Shown: piece by piece, positions 18,981 through 28,231 of the stretch
How the letters are laid out: the number at the start of each line of letters is the position of its first letter
How positions within the stretch are numbered: position 1 is the first letter of the stretch
IMG/VR virus record: IMGVR_UViG_3300011862_000001
Location: 172,910-236,909 of that record
DNA length: 64,000 nucleotides
Reading direction: 5' to 3' (one strand)
From: a virus
Lineage: Duplodnaviria; Caudoviricetes
The notes under the pieces: generated by a model
Databases searched by the model: none
Told to the model about the DNA's origin: nothing
What the model saw: the letters and a program-made list of their open reading frames with translations, nothing else
Made by a program: the position numbers and the translations under genes

Positions 18981-19875
18981 TGCTTAGCCCCACTTGAATT
19001 ACACGATTGATGTAACGATACGCGTCCAGACCGATTACTTCAGCCAGACGGTTACAGCCCGAGTCCAACGCATCGACCGCGTTCTCACTTTGCCCAAAGG
19101 TGGCATCCGATTTCAACCACACCAGGTCACTACAGGCATCACAGTGATGAGTAAAGAACTTGTTCACCGACAATGCGATATGATGACGGTTAATACGGTT
19201 CAGGTTCATCAGCTGTTCATGCATACGGTTATAGCCGTACATAAAGTTCATAACGTGGTCAGGCGACAAGGGCTTCGGCATGAAGTTGTCAAACATCAAA
19301 CGGAACCCCTGAAGCTTGTAGTGGTACATCGCCTCGTGTAACTTCAGCACGTCAAGGTACCAGTATTTGTTCCCTAACTGCTCACGAGTCACCACCGACC
19401 ACAGCTGCACGTTATCGAGCGCATGCAGCACCTCAAACACTTCAAAACGGCGCTCTTCAGCGACGCGCAGTAACGGACGTTCGGTTTCAGCATAGCCATC
19501 AAACGACACGAATATCCGATCAAACTGCGCCAGCACCGGAAGCTGCTCCAGCGTCAAACGTAGCGCGTTGGTGTACATCTCATGTTGCAGGTGCGGGTAG
19601 CGTTCTTTCACCTCCGCCAGAAACTCCCGGATCTTCGGGAATGCCAGTAAGGGCTCACCCCCCGTCCAGTTGATTTGACGAATGGTGGGGTACTGCTCGA
19701 GCAACGCGAACAGTTTTTCTTTTTGAATATCACGACCGCTGTCTTTGATATCCATGTAGCCCGCACCACCACAGAAGCTACAACTTAAGTTGCATTTCGA
19801 TGTGGTCACGATCGACAACTCGGCAGGAGTTGCCGTCGGGTCGCGACGAATGGCCGACACAGCTTCTTCATTCAT
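18970..19875 (-). CDS. Radical SAM protein (short, no full SPASM domain)
   Basis: CNLSCSFC, WTGGEPLL, YTNA, VSFDG; C-terminal CDAC..GC. Confidence 0.88.
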   Translation of the reverse strand: MNEEAVSAIRRDPTATPAELSIVTTSKCNLSCSFCGGAGYMDIKDSGRDIQKEKLFALLEQYPTIRQINWTGGEPLLAFPKIREFLAEVKERYPHLQHEMYTNALRLTLEQLPVLAQFDRIFVSFDGYAETERPLLRVAEERRFEVFEVLHALDNVQLWSVVTREQLGNKYWYLDVLKLHEAMYHYKLQGFRLMFDNFMPKPLSPDHVMNFMYGYNRMHEQLMNLNRINRHHIALSVNKFFTHHCDACSDLVWLKSDATFGQSENAVDALDSGCNRLAEVIGLDAYRYINRVIQVGLSNAR

Positions 19876-19896
19876 TGCAGGTTTACTCCAGTTTTT

Positions 19897-20781
19897 TTAA
19901 AAGGTCAGCGCAAACAACGGATCGTCTTTGATGTCCACACCCGTTTCTAAGATGAACGGTGAGTGGTAAGCGTCCAGGATAGTGTTCAAGACTGTCTGAC
20001 GGTCGTTGATACGCTTTAAATCCGCAAGCGTGACGCTACGCGCAAGAATTTGCGAGACAGCCGCTTGTTCTTCTTTACTGAGGGTAACTTTGTTCAGTAA
20101 GAAGCACACCACTTTCGCCAAATCGGCTTCGGTTCCAGGCGCTTCACCAAACTTCCACTGCACCAGGTACTGCATCCACGGTTTGCGGATACGCTTGGTG
20201 ATTTCGTGTTTATCGGTAAGTCCCACAAACTTCTGCTCAGCGTGGTGCCAGACGAATTTGTAGCTGTAGGCCAGCAGGTCGAGCATATGGTGAATGCCGA
20301 GCTCTTCGTAGCCTTCAATCGGGTAATAGGTTTCGAGACCGCTGTAGTCCACGGTGTCTGCCGGTACCTGGGAATACCAGGTCGGGTGTGAGCTTGGGTA
20401 GTCCCAGCTCCATTCACGACGCACCATCGGCTTTAACCCAGATTGGGTAAACGGCGTCAGCAACATTTCCAAGTCGGCGGTTTGGTTTAACATCCCGTCA
20501 CTCAGGAAATACTTACGGTCGACGAACTTGCCAGTGATTTCCAGTTCGCCGGTGTTCAGATGGATATGTTCTACGGTGTGACCAAGCAGCGTAAAGCTGT
20601 TCAGCACTTCATAGTTCTTCGGGTCCACCAGTTCACGACCACGCACCTTTGGCCATTCGCCAGGCAGCTGCGTAATCAAGCGAATTTGGTCTAACAGGTG
20701 ATACTTCACGCTGTCGTAAATGCTGATATGCAGTGGGAAGTTTTGCGTTGTGCGAAACGCCAAGTGCAAATCGTTCTTCAT
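19897..20781 (-). CDS. Accessory protein of the radical SAM operon, unknown function
   Basis: 294 aa ORF, GGGGA RBS, co-oriented and tightly packed. Confidence 0.7.
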   Translation of the reverse strand: MKNDLHLAFRTTQNFPLHISIYDSVKYHLLDQIRLITQLPGEWPKVRGRELVDPKNYEVLNSFTLLGHTVEHIHLNTGELEITGKFVDRKYFLSDGMLNQTADLEMLLTPFTQSGLKPMVRREWSWDYPSSHPTWYSQVPADTVDYSGLETYYPIEGYEELGIHHMLDLLAYSYKFVWHHAEQKFVGLTDKHEITKRIRKPWMQYLVQWKFGEAPGTEADLAKVVCFLLNKVTLSKEEQAAVSQILARSVTLADLKRINDRQTVLNTILDAYHSPFILETGVDIKDDPLFALTF

Positions 20782-20793
20782 GAAAAGTTCCCC

Positions 20794-21000
20794 TTAGAGG
20801 TTGCCTGCGCCATGGCTACAGCCGCCGCTGCATGTCCAGCTACAGGAACCGCCACAGTTATAATGCCATAAGGGCAGTCCGGCGAGGTTGTTGGTGTAGC
20901 TTACCGTTCCGCGTGTTGCAATGTATTCGTTGGCGTCATCGGTCTTGATGTACTTCTCAACCAGGACCATCCGGTTACGAATGTCTTTGAGTGATACCAC
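20794..21000 (-). CDS. Short Cys-repeat protein 3 (4 Cys)
   Basis: GTG start after GGGGG RBS; leader SLKDIRNR..NNLAG; core CGGSCSWTCSGGC. Confidence 0.75.
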   Translation of the reverse strand: MVSLKDIRNRMVLVEKYIKTDDANEYIATRGTVSYTNNLAGLPLWHYNCGGSCSWTCSGGCSHGAGNL

Positions 21001-21048
21001 ATTAACCCCCAAATGTGTAAAAAGGTCGCGTGAGGGAAAGGTCCGCGC

Positions 21049-21444
21049 TTATCGCGACGGGCCGGAACACCCAGAACACCCAGAACACGATGAGCTGCAC
21101 GTCGAGCTACAGCCGGTACACGCACTGCTACAGCCTGCTGAACAACCACCAGAACACCCTCCCGAACAACCGGTACAGGTTCCTGAACAGCCAGACGTAC
21201 AACTCGCAGAACAACTCGCCCCACACGTCCCTGAGGCTGAACCTGAGCACCCACCTGAGCATGAAGAACACGTCCAACTGCACGTTCCCCCACAGTCGTA
21301 GTGCGTCCGGTCAAAACCGGCAAAGCGGTTAGCGTTATTGGTGGCTTTCCCACGGATATAATTCTGCACCCCATTGACATCACGCAATGCGGTGGCGTCA
21401 ATCGCATTAATGCGATCGCGAATATTCTTTAATAAAATTGCCAT
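21049..21444 (-). CDS. Cys-repeat protein 2 (20 Cys)
   Basis: AGAGGA RBS before MAILLKNIRDR; Ser/Gly/Thr-rich CxxxC/CxxC core. Confidence 0.85.
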   Translation of the reverse strand: MAILLKNIRDRINAIDATALRDVNGVQNYIRGKATNNANRFAGFDRTHYDCGGTCSWTCSSCSGGCSGSASGTCGASCSASCTSGCSGTCTGCSGGCSGGCSAGCSSACTGCSSTCSSSCSGCSGCSGPSR

Positions 21445-21455
21445 GCGTGTTTCCT

Positions 21456-21839
21456 CTACGGTCCAGAACAACCGGAACACCCGGTGCAACTGGATGAGCA
21501 GCTACCGGAACACCCGGAACAGCTTTTTGAACACCCGCCGGAGCAACTGCCGGAGCAACCCGAACAGCCGGAGCATCCCGTAGAGCAACCCCCTGTACAA
21601 CTTCCCGTACAGGTCGAGGTACACGTCCCCGAACAACTCGTACAGCTTGCAGAACATCCGTTAGAACACGACCAGCTACACGACCCGTTACAATCCAGTC
21701 CCGGTTGCGACCACCCGGCGAAGCTGTCTTGTGCGTTATTCGCTTGCACAGCCACCTGGTAATCAACCCGAGGGCCAGTAGCGTATGTGTTTTCCACGTT
21801 CTGCAAACGGTCGCGTATGTTTTTAACTGAGATAACCAT
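21456..21839 (-). CDS. Cys-repeat protein 1 (21 Cys)
   Basis: AAGGA RBS; MVISVKNIRDR leader; CxxxC/CxxC core ending CSGCSGP. Confidence 0.85.
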   Translation of the reverse strand: MVISVKNIRDRLQNVENTYATGPRVDYQVAVQANNAQDSFAGWSQPGLDCNGSCSWSCSNGCSASCTSCSGTCTSTCTGSCTGGCSTGCSGCSGCSGSCSGGCSKSCSGCSGSCSSSCTGCSGCSGP

Positions 21840-21852
21840 ACGTTTCCTTTGT

Positions 21853-21892
21853 TAATAAAAAGTGAGGACTCTGCCATATAGACAGGTCCTCA
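21853..21892 (-). terminator. Terminator-like hairpin upstream of the Cys-repeat genes, with TATG at the loop
   Basis: TGAGGAC-CTGTC-TATAT-GGCAG-A-GTCCTCA-CTTTTTATT. Confidence 0.65.
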
Positions 21893-21902
21893 TGTAATTA
21901 GA

Positions 21903-23102
21903 CTAACGAGTACCGGCTTCTGCCTGTACGTCGTCACGCGTGGTCAGGCTGGCGTTGACGTGAACGTTGGCCTGAATCACGCCACCGTACTGTTTGTGCA
22001 GGTATTGAGTGTGTGGGTCAACGGCTGCCGTGTGGTTAGCCAGACTCTGCGACACGCCAGAGATACCGGCGGTGTTGTTAGCGACCTGTTGACGCAGTTG
22101 CGCCAAGTCGGCTGCCACATCGCGGAATTTCTGCTCAGTCGCAGCACCCTGAGTTTCCAGGTTAGTGACCCGTTGCGCCAAGGCAGCAATTACCTGATTC
22201 TGGTCGGTGACCATCTTCTGGAGTTGCAGCACCAGGTCGTTAAGGTTCGCTAACTGAAGCGCCATACGCTGGTAGTTCTGCGCAACCGAGTTCAGCTGGT
22301 CATTCCAAGACGCCAGGGCTGAAACGATAGCATCGATACGTCCGTTAATCGCGGTGTCCGCTGCTTTCAAATTCCCGATGTCGGAGAGCACTGCATCAAT
22401 CGCGGTTTGTACCTGAGCAATCAGTGCTCGGATTTCCGTTTCGGTTAAGCCGTTGGCCTGATGAATGTCCAGACTGTGAACGTTACCCTGGGCGTTGATG
22501 TGGGTTTGAAGCGCAGTCATAAACTGCGTTTTCATGTCGGTAATCAACGTGGCGAGCTGTTCAAGCTGAAGCGATTGCCCGGCATTAATCACATCACGGA
22601 TACCGGCAATTTCGGTAATGACGTATTCAAAGCCAAACAAGTCACCCAAGTCTTTAAACATCGGCGCACCCGGGAAGGTGTCCGGCACATTACGCAGGTT
22701 CTTAAAGTCAATGATTTTGTCTTCAAGATTGGCATCAGCCAAGCCCTGCTTAATCGCGGCAATGTTCGCTGACTGCGGACCCCCAACCACTTGCGCTACC
22801 GCAATCAGGTCGGTTGGTACAGAGGAATCGGTTACCACCACCGCCATACAGATTTCGCGGTTGTTTGCCATCTTCTGATAAACGGGGTGGGTCAGGATAA
22901 GCTCGTAGTGGGTACCGCGCACTAAGTTCGTGTTCGGGGCACTGGCAGGACGCAAGCGGAACGTGTCTGCATAGAACGGCCCTGCGGGAAACGCAAAGGC
23001 ACGGTTAACTTTACCACCGCCCAAAACGATAGGTACCGAGACCGCATTCGAGGTCATCGTCCCTTTCAAATCAAGCGGGTACTGATAAATGATATCTGGC
23101 AT
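21903..23102 (-). CDS. Virion structural/tail fibre protein with long coiled coil
   Basis: N-terminal GPFY..L.RG.HY module shared with the giant fibres; heptad-rich C-half; H...PH.QY motif; start at MPDII (GGGAG RBS). Confidence 0.7.
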   Translation of the reverse strand: MPDIIYQYPLDLKGTMTSNAVSVPIVLGGGKVNRAFAFPAGPFYADTFRLRPASAPNTNLVRGTHYELILTHPVYQKMANNREICMAVVVTDSSVPTDLIAVAQVVGGPQSANIAAIKQGLADANLEDKIIDFKNLRNVPDTFPGAPMFKDLGDLFGFEYVITEIAGIRDVINAGQSLQLEQLATLITDMKTQFMTALQTHINAQGNVHSLDIHQANGLTETEIRALIAQVQTAIDAVLSDIGNLKAADTAINGRIDAIVSALASWNDQLNSVAQNYQRMALQLANLNDLVLQLQKMVTDQNQVIAALAQRVTNLETQGAATEQKFRDVAADLAQLRQQVANNTAGISGVSQSLANHTAAVDPHTQYLHKQYGGVIQANVHVNASLTTRDDVQAEAGTR

Positions 23103-23148
23103 AGCCAAACTCCCTTAGCAGGACTTCCTTGTCCCTTATCGTGAATGG

Positions 23149-26100
23149 TTAGAAGCTGGTCGACATAAAATGAACCGCGAGATCGCTTGCCGTTTTGCGC
23201 CCGATAAGATCACACCACTTGGTGGCGACGATAACCCCTTCTGGTACAAACAACGCAGGCGGTGTGGTTTCCACCCCGCCGGCCATGACCACCGGTACGT
23301 AACCGTTGCTGTCTGGATAAGGAATCAGCTCGGCTTGTTGCACGGTGCCCGGGAAGCCTTTGACGCCAGTGGCATCAATTGTCATCTCGGTATCCGGCCC
23401 ACTGGCTGCCAGCAAGGTTTCGGTGTTGGTCCCCGCATCGTAGTCGTAAATGGCAAACGCGACGAGCTTATTGCCCCAAGCTTGTACCATCGCCGTTAAC
23501 AACAACCCATTGACCCGCACCCCGGTTAACACGTTAGGCACAACCCCAATCGTTGCAGTTACCGTTGAGCCGACCGGACACGATGCATCCACCCCGTTAA
23601 CCGAGGAGGCGACCGACTGTCCCGTGGTACCGGCTGGGTAGTAAAGCTTGACCCGCAGCTGGTTCTTGGTTGGGGTGACCCGCATAAACGCACTGAACGA
23701 CATACTGCTGGCAGGCAAGCTAGGCGCAGTTAACCCAACCCAGATACGACCAGCAGCATACGCACTCGCGTTCTCTGCCTGTGTGGCAGCAGCCATTTTC
23801 AACTGCGTCGAGAAGCGAAACGCCATATTGCCGTCTTCGGCACCGAGAAAGTTTTTCACGGGCTTTTTGACGACCGGCACACCTGTCGGGCGAAGTTGGC
23901 TCACGGTCACACGACTATAGTAACGACTGTCAAAATAGTTGCCGGGCGTCGCCATGTCATCAGTGAGCGGGACTTTACGCAGCAGACCGAGCGGTGAGTT
24001 GGCCGCATCTACCGCCACGTTCAAATCGTGACTGTGAGACACACCCTGGTGCTCAGCCAGTTGCTTGACATTACCCAGACGTTTTACCTTGTTGATTTCC
24101 AACCCGGTAATACGCGCGTCATCGGTGGTCACTTTCCCCACCCACAGACGGGAGGTAGTGTCCTGAAGACGCTGGGTAGACAACTCGTAATGGGCGCTGT
24201 CGCCGCTACGCACGACGTACAAGTAGAACGTTTGGTTTTGATAGTTGGCAGGAAACGCCTGCTTCAAATCCACGCTCCACGGAGCCAACATAAACTCAGT
24301 AGCCCCGATACGCCAGACAGTTTGTTCGGTGGTGTAGAAGTTCCACCCCTCCGCTGTCTTCATCCCGGTAATAATCACTGAGCCGAGCGATGTCGTCACC
24401 CCGTTGACTAAATCAGACGCCTTCAATAACGGACCGCCTAACAGCGACGGGTCAAAGCCGTTCGATAACTGGGCAAAGCCGCCTAAGTCCGGTACGTACG
24501 TCTCGTACACAGCAGCCGGATAAACGTAGGAGTTCGACGACAACGCGGCAACCGAACCTGACCACACACCCGCTGCCTTAGTCAATGTCAATGCCAGACT
24601 TATCGCATAGGTCCCCCCTGGCATATACGCGGCCATCGCAAACGGCAACGTCAAACGGTATTTCGCGCCGTCTGCGGTAAACAGTGAGGCTTGGCCTACC
24701 CGACGGTTACGGTTGCCATCAAACAGGTCTTGGCGCACTTGCGAGGCATACACCATGGCGTTCGCACGAAAACCGACTGACTTCAGTACCACCCCTGCAA
24801 AGCTCATCTTACCGGCGACGATTTGTGGCGTCAGCTGGTAGAAATAGGTGCTGAGGTAATTGCGGTCGGTGACCATGTTAATGGTAGACACCATCGCGAT
24901 AACCAGCGGGCCATCACTTTGCGATAACCCCAATACCCACAGGTCGATACCAAACGCTCTGCCTCCGGCCATTGCGGCTTCAGCAATGCGTTCTGAGGCG
25001 TAGCCGTTAGCACTGCCCGCTTGTGCCTGGTCGATAATGGCTTGGCGTAACACGGCCCAATCAGCATCAGCCACCGTTAAGCGGTCAGCGGTTATCCCGG
25101 TACTGCCAACAATGCCCCGATACGGTAACGTGGCCGGACCAATGAAGTGTGCACCGTCAAGTAACCCATTCGGGTTTTGAGCATTGACCACCATCGGAAT
25201 CTGCGCCATGGACGCATAGGTTGCCCACGGGACGATGGTACGATTATTCGTCGGACCAAAGCCACCAAACCCTGGCACCCCATAACTGCCTGCCGGGTCG
25301 TACTCGGCCTCCACACAATCGGCCGATGTGACATCGTTCAACCACACTTTACGGGTACCTGGGAAGAACAGCGGCGCTGACATCCCCGCCCTAATAACCG
25401 AACCACGACCATCCGGAATGTGCGTTTCAACAAACTGCGCACCACCGTACTGCATAGCCAGGAAATCAAAGAACGAGACCCCGTCTGGTAATTTCTGAAT
25501 CTCCACACAGTAGTCACGGTTGGTTTCAGTGGAAACGTGGAAGTTCACACTGCGACCATCACCGACGTCAGTAAGAGACACAACGGTATACCACGATTGA
25601 CGGGTGTTCCATTTCACTGGCAGGCCGAGTTTCACGCGGTCACGGGTATACACCCCGTCTGCATCAATGATGAGCGGGAAGAAGTCCGTTAACAGCGTCA
25701 GGTTACCGGTAGCGACGTCAATGTCGACTGCCGAGCTCCAGGTGCCGTACGAGGTGTTCTGCACGTTACCAAAGTAATACGACTGGTGGTTACCCCCGAT
25801 ACGTAATACCCCGCCTTTACACTGTGCGGTCACACGTTGGTTCGGACCACGGGTAAGCTCCAGTGCACGCGGCCAGGCTGCGTTAGCGGCCGGAGTGACA
25901 TAAGCAAACTTACTGGTCCCTGCCACCTCGTTGACATAACTGCCCGGTGCCACAATATCCGCACACTTACCGACCATGCGGCTATAGTTGACCTTCGCCT
26001 GCTTGACGACCAAGCTGTTGGCAGCAAGTCCACTTAACGGGAAGCTATAATAGCCTACCCGGTAAATCGCACTGGCAGAGTAGTTCCCGTTGATATTCGC

Positions 26101-28212
26101 ACGCGTAACATAAAAGGTGGTGCCATCAAAGGTCAGTACGTCAGTATGCATATTCGGGACAAACGGCGCAGTGGTGTCTTCCGCGTAGTCCTCAAACTGA
26201 AGCGCACACACGGTCGTGTGCTTGCGATAGTTTAAGGTACCGTTAAAGTTCACCATATACAGCCTGTCGTCACTGCCACGGGCAATCAGCCCTTCCGCCC
26301 CACTGATAACAATCTCGCGCAGATACACACCCGGGTATTTGGTGGTCATGCCTTCCGGTTGATAACGGAACGAGGTTTTCTTGATATCGGTGACGCTGTT
26401 ATCGGCATTGACGTTGCCGTAGGCGTAATAGATGCGGCGACTGTCCTGCGTACCAGAATGACAGTTCAGCAGCAGGTACACCACATCCCCTTCCACTTTG
26501 GCAGCACCCATCATCTCCACGGTGTTACGGGCAAAGCCTTCGAAGTTCCCGACACCGGGAATTGGCAAGTAGCCCGGGTTACCGAACGACTGTCCACCCA
26601 TGGCCCAGCTTGGCAACAGGTCATTGACTTTCTCACGCAGCGTGTTGATACGCTGTTGAACCGCATAACCCTGCTTGGAAGTCACCACTTTATCGGTGGT
26701 GGCATCAATGGCATCCCACAACTGCACCAGACCGGCATCGGTATCTGAGGCGGTCGGTACACCGGTTAAATCGCCAAAGGTGTGGGCGTGACCCAGGGGT
26801 GCTTTTTCCGTGAGTGCCGTTTTAATGGCGTTGGTCACCGGCTTGTCAATCGGCGCGGTGTTGGTGACCTGGTCTAAGCCAAAATCGCCAGCTGACAGCG
26901 TCAGGTCTTGGCGGTCGTTAGCCAAAACAAAGCCTTTACCGTTAACGGTGTAGGTGTTGTCCACGTAGTTGTCAAGCGCACTCTTTAATGCACTGACCGC
27001 CTTTTGTGAAATGGCCGCCCCGGCAGCGATGTTCGCTGAGAGGTTAGTGACCAGCAACAACCCGGCTTCCGTCGCAGACGCTAAGGGCAGCACCGCGTTC
27101 ATGTTGACCGGGGAAAACTCTTGTGCCGTGCCATAGATTTTCAGGCTGTCGGTCGATTCGAAATAGGCGTTGGCCGGTAACAGCTTCACGGCTGACAGGT
27201 ACAACGACACCATCTCTGGGGTAATCAGATACGCCCCGTTAAAGATAGGCGCTTTGGCACCCGAGGCCACATACATCGCGTTCAGGCCAGCACTGACTTC
27301 CACCGCTATCCCCGGGTCGTTATTGTCGGCATCGGCAATCAACGTTAACGGTTTGGTGGTGGTAATCAGGAACTTATCACCTTGCATGGTAATGACGTGG
27401 CTGGAATCGGCCGTACGGAACGTCAAGGCACCGTTGTTGATAACCCGCAGGCGACCACGCAGCTCGCCTAATACCACCGGCATCAAGGTGTCGATGTGGG
27501 TCTGCTGGATACCGTTGACTTTCATCACCTCAACCAGTTCGTCCACCGTACGACCAAACGCACGGGTACAATCCACGGCTTTGGTTAAAAGCTTTAAGGC
27601 CCCGATTTCTTCGGCTGTGTACTGGTGGGCGTTTTTGATTTTGTGATGCTGGTAGAGGTTGTCATCAAAGATTTTCTTACCGACCTGGAAGATTTGTTCG
27701 GTCACCGCTGCAAAGGCGCTGTCCATCTCAGTCGCACGGGCAAGAATCCCTACCCGGATACGGTCCAGTTGGGCGACGACTTCATCACGTAAAATCGCTT
27801 CATCTAAACTGTGGGGTGGGTCAATGGCAGGCACCACCGGCGCATAGCGCATCAGTGAAGCCCAGTCGATATTACGCGGGTCTTTTAAGTCCGGGTTAAC
27901 CAGGAACTTGCCAATCTCAGATTGGGGGACACGGTATTCACGACCCACGGAATTAATGGTGTACTGAACGGTGGTTTCCGTCAGTAGCATGATGCCGCCG
28001 AACACCTGCGCTTGCAGGGCGTCAGCCGCTTCTTTAAAGTAGTAACAGAGATAGTAATCCAAACCCTCAATCAGGTTACGCCCTGCGGGGGTTTTAAGCA
28101 CTAGCCCTACGCGGTAAAACGGCCCCTCGGGCGGCACCACGACGTTAAACTTGTTCGGGTAGGTGACCGTGGTCAACGTCCCGTTAAACGGTGCCGGGCT
28201 TTGCGTCGACAT
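23149..28212 (-). CDS. Giant tail fibre protein (about 1690 aa)
   Basis: GPFY..EGLDY N-module; PTASDTDAGLVQL, GLDQVTNT..DKPV and GHAHT fibre motifs; start at MSTQS (AGGAG RBS). Confidence 0.75.
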   Translation of the reverse strand: MSTQSPAPFNGTLTTVTYPNKFNVVVPPEGPFYRVGLVLKTPAGRNLIEGLDYYLCYYFKEAADALQAQVFGGIMLLTETTVQYTINSVGREYRVPQSEIGKFLVNPDLKDPRNIDWASLMRYAPVVPAIDPPHSLDEAILRDEVVAQLDRIRVGILARATEMDSAFAAVTEQIFQVGKKIFDDNLYQHHKIKNAHQYTAEEIGALKLLTKAVDCTRAFGRTVDELVEVMKVNGIQQTHIDTLMPVVLGELRGRLRVINNGALTFRTADSSHVITMQGDKFLITTTKPLTLIADADNNDPGIAVEVSAGLNAMYVASGAKAPIFNGAYLITPEMVSLYLSAVKLLPANAYFESTDSLKIYGTAQEFSPVNMNAVLPLASATEAGLLLVTNLSANIAAGAAISQKAVSALKSALDNYVDNTYTVNGKGFVLANDRQDLTLSAGDFGLDQVTNTAPIDKPVTNAIKTALTEKAPLGHAHTFGDLTGVPTASDTDAGLVQLWDAIDATTDKVVTSKQGYAVQQRINTLREKVNDLLPSWAMGGQSFGNPGYLPIPGVGNFEGFARNTVEMMGAAKVEGDVVYLLLNCHSGTQDSRRIYYAYGNVNADNSVTDIKKTSFRYQPEGMTTKYPGVYLREIVISGAEGLIARGSDDRLYMVNFNGTLNYRKHTTVCALQFEDYAEDTTAPFVPNMHTDVLTFDGTTFYVTRANINGNYSASAIYRVGYYSFPLSGLAANSLVVKQAKVNYSRMVGKCADIVAPGSYVNEVAGTSKFAYVTPAANAAWPRALELTRGPNQRVTAQCKGGVLRIGGNHQSYYFGNVQNTSYGTWSSAVDIDVATGNLTLLTDFFPLIIDADGVYTRDRVKLGLPVKWNTRQSWYTVVSLTDVGDGRSVNFHVSTETNRDYCVEIQKLPDGVSFFDFLAMQYGGAQFVETHIPDGRGSVIRAGMSAPLFFPGTRKVWLNDVTSADCVEAEYDPAGSYGVPGFGGFGPTNNRTIVPWATYASMAQIPMVVNAQNPNGLLDGAHFIGPATLPYRGIVGSTGITADRLTVADADWAVLRQAIIDQAQAGSANGYASERIAEAAMAGGRAFGIDLWVLGLSQSDGPLVIAMVSTINMVTDRNYLSTYFYQLTPQIVAGKMSFAGVVLKSVGFRANAMVYASQVRQDLFDGNRNRRVGQASLFTADGAKYRLTLPFAMAAYMPGGTYAISLALTLTKAAGVWSGSVAALSSNSYVYPAAVYETYVPDLGGFAQLSNGFDPSLLGGPLLKASDLVNGVTTSLGSVIITGMKTAEGWNFYTTEQTVWRIGATEFMLAPWSVDLKQAFPANYQNQTFYLYVVRSGDSAHYELSTQRLQDTTSRLWVGKVTTDDARITGLEINKVKRLGNVKQLAEHQGVSHSHDLNVAVDAANSPLGLLRKVPLTDDMATPGNYFDSRYYSRVTVSQLRPTGVPVVKKPVKNFLGAEDGNMAFRFSTQLKMAAATQAENASAYAAGRIWVGLTAPSLPASSMSFSAFMRVTPTKNQLRVKLYYPAGTTGQSVASSVNGVDASCPVGSTVTATIGVVPNVLTGVRVNGLLLTAMVQAWGNKLVAFAIYDYDAGTNTETLLAASGPDTEMTIDATGVKGFPGTVQQAELIPYPDSNGYVPVVMAGGVETTPPALFVPEGVIVATKWCDLIGRKTASDLAVHFMSTSF

Positions 28213-28231
28213 GAATAACACTCCTGCGCTG

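Noticed and set aside
17640-19875. rSAMs as anaerobic RNR activase (NrdG), QueE or DNA-modification enzymes
   Set aside because: There are no nrdD or que genes nearby; SPASM-type Cys and adjacent Cys-rich substrates fit peptide maturases better.
21049-21700. Possible CRISPR array or DNA tandem repeat
   Set aside because: The periodicity is at the protein level with variable codons; there is no constant repeat-spacer structure and no cas gene.
20921-21762. + strand ORFs rich in PEQ/PEH repeats (20921-21301, 21484-21762)
   Set aside because: They are antisense shadows of the Cys-Ser-Gly codons; the minus-strand genes have RBSs, shared leaders and operon context.
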